A stretch of 64,000 nt of DNA from Chloroflexota bacterium (lineage in GTDB: Bacteria; Chloroflexota; UBA11872): positions 136,105 through 200,104 of the forward strand of contig OZ253587.1 of assembly GCA_965263175.1 (NCBI GenBank), written 5' to 3'. Below the pieces are notes generated by a model. It made no database searches, had not been told where the DNA came from, and saw only the letters and a list, made by a program, of their open reading frames with translations. Within the stretch, counting starts at the first letter, position 1. Each line of letters opens with the position of its first letter. This document shows, one piece after another, positions 63,776 to 64,000 of the stretch. Position numbers and translations under genes: made by a program.

Positions 63776-64000
63776 TACGATGTCACTGACGCCCGCGTCG
63801 ATCGTGATCGCCACGCGGTTGGCGGCGCTCGCGAAGCCTGGGGAGATGTAGCGGCCATCGCTTTGCCGGGGAAACCGCGACTCGTCGATCGTCACGCTGG
63901 ACACGCCGCCCTCGAAGGCGATCAGCGCCGCGACGCCGGGCGGAAGCGTGATCTCCAGGCTGGCGGCCCCGACATTGAAGTCGGCGTCTATGTGCCCGGC
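63776..64000 (-). CDS. second LiaF/DUF4097-like paralogue (partial, runs off the window)
   Basis: The C-terminus ...VAITIDAGVSDIVVR* parallels ...VTIKIEAGVSNITIR* of the 61615 gene. Confidence 0.45.

Noticed and set aside
1-64000. CRISPR arrays, rRNA genes, integrase or recombinase genes next to tRNA-Ala
   Set aside because: No regularly spaced direct repeats with unique spacers. No 16S/23S/5S-like sequence. No tyrosine or serine recombinase motif found in any frame near the tRNA. The only tRNA found is Ala(GGC).

Overview
This is a high-GC (about 68-70%) bacterial chromosomal window that includes the replication-origin neighbourhood: dnaA on the minus strand, a cluster of three consensus DnaA boxes just downstream of it, parB, and two canonical parS palindromes. 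It also carries housekeeping genes: tRNA-Ala(GGC), proS, trkA, amt, bL25, a class A PBP, pepF, DedA, rhomboid, OsmC and NUDIX. Between these core genes sit several lower-GC (about 48-55%) islands that look horizontally acquired, with dense defence, toxin-antitoxin and mobile-element content. One island downstream of the tRNA encodes two tandem COG1672/STAND-like ATPases, and the second has a low-GC TPR cassette in frame. A composite defence island (about 20.5-28.4 kb) contains an IS1595-family element carrying a beta-class DNA methyltransferase fused to an Mrr-like nuclease domain plus a tiny AT-hook ORF. Next to it are a GmrSD-like (DUF262/DUF1524) type IV restriction gene and a degraded IS5 remnant. 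The island is bracketed by two copies of an unfamiliar 'partner + PIN toxin' module. Further along are an R-M-R locus (two different BglII-family endonuclease homologues flanking an MT-A70 methyltransferase), a MerR-DUF433/DUF5615 TA pair, and a RelE-like::UvrD helicase fusion. A patch of about 48-50% GC holds tiny membrane or zinc-ribbon ORFs next to 21-bp tandem repeats. A MITE-like family of roughly 110-125 bp occurs at least seven times and shares its terminal inverted repeats (GAGACCTTTGC...) with two divergent IS5-family elements in the window. It shows nested insertions and one empty-site/filled-site pair inside a local segmental duplication. Start coordinates come from the ORF track adjusted by reading frame. 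Exact starts are uncertain in this GC-rich DNA, and many antisense ORFs in the track are artefacts.
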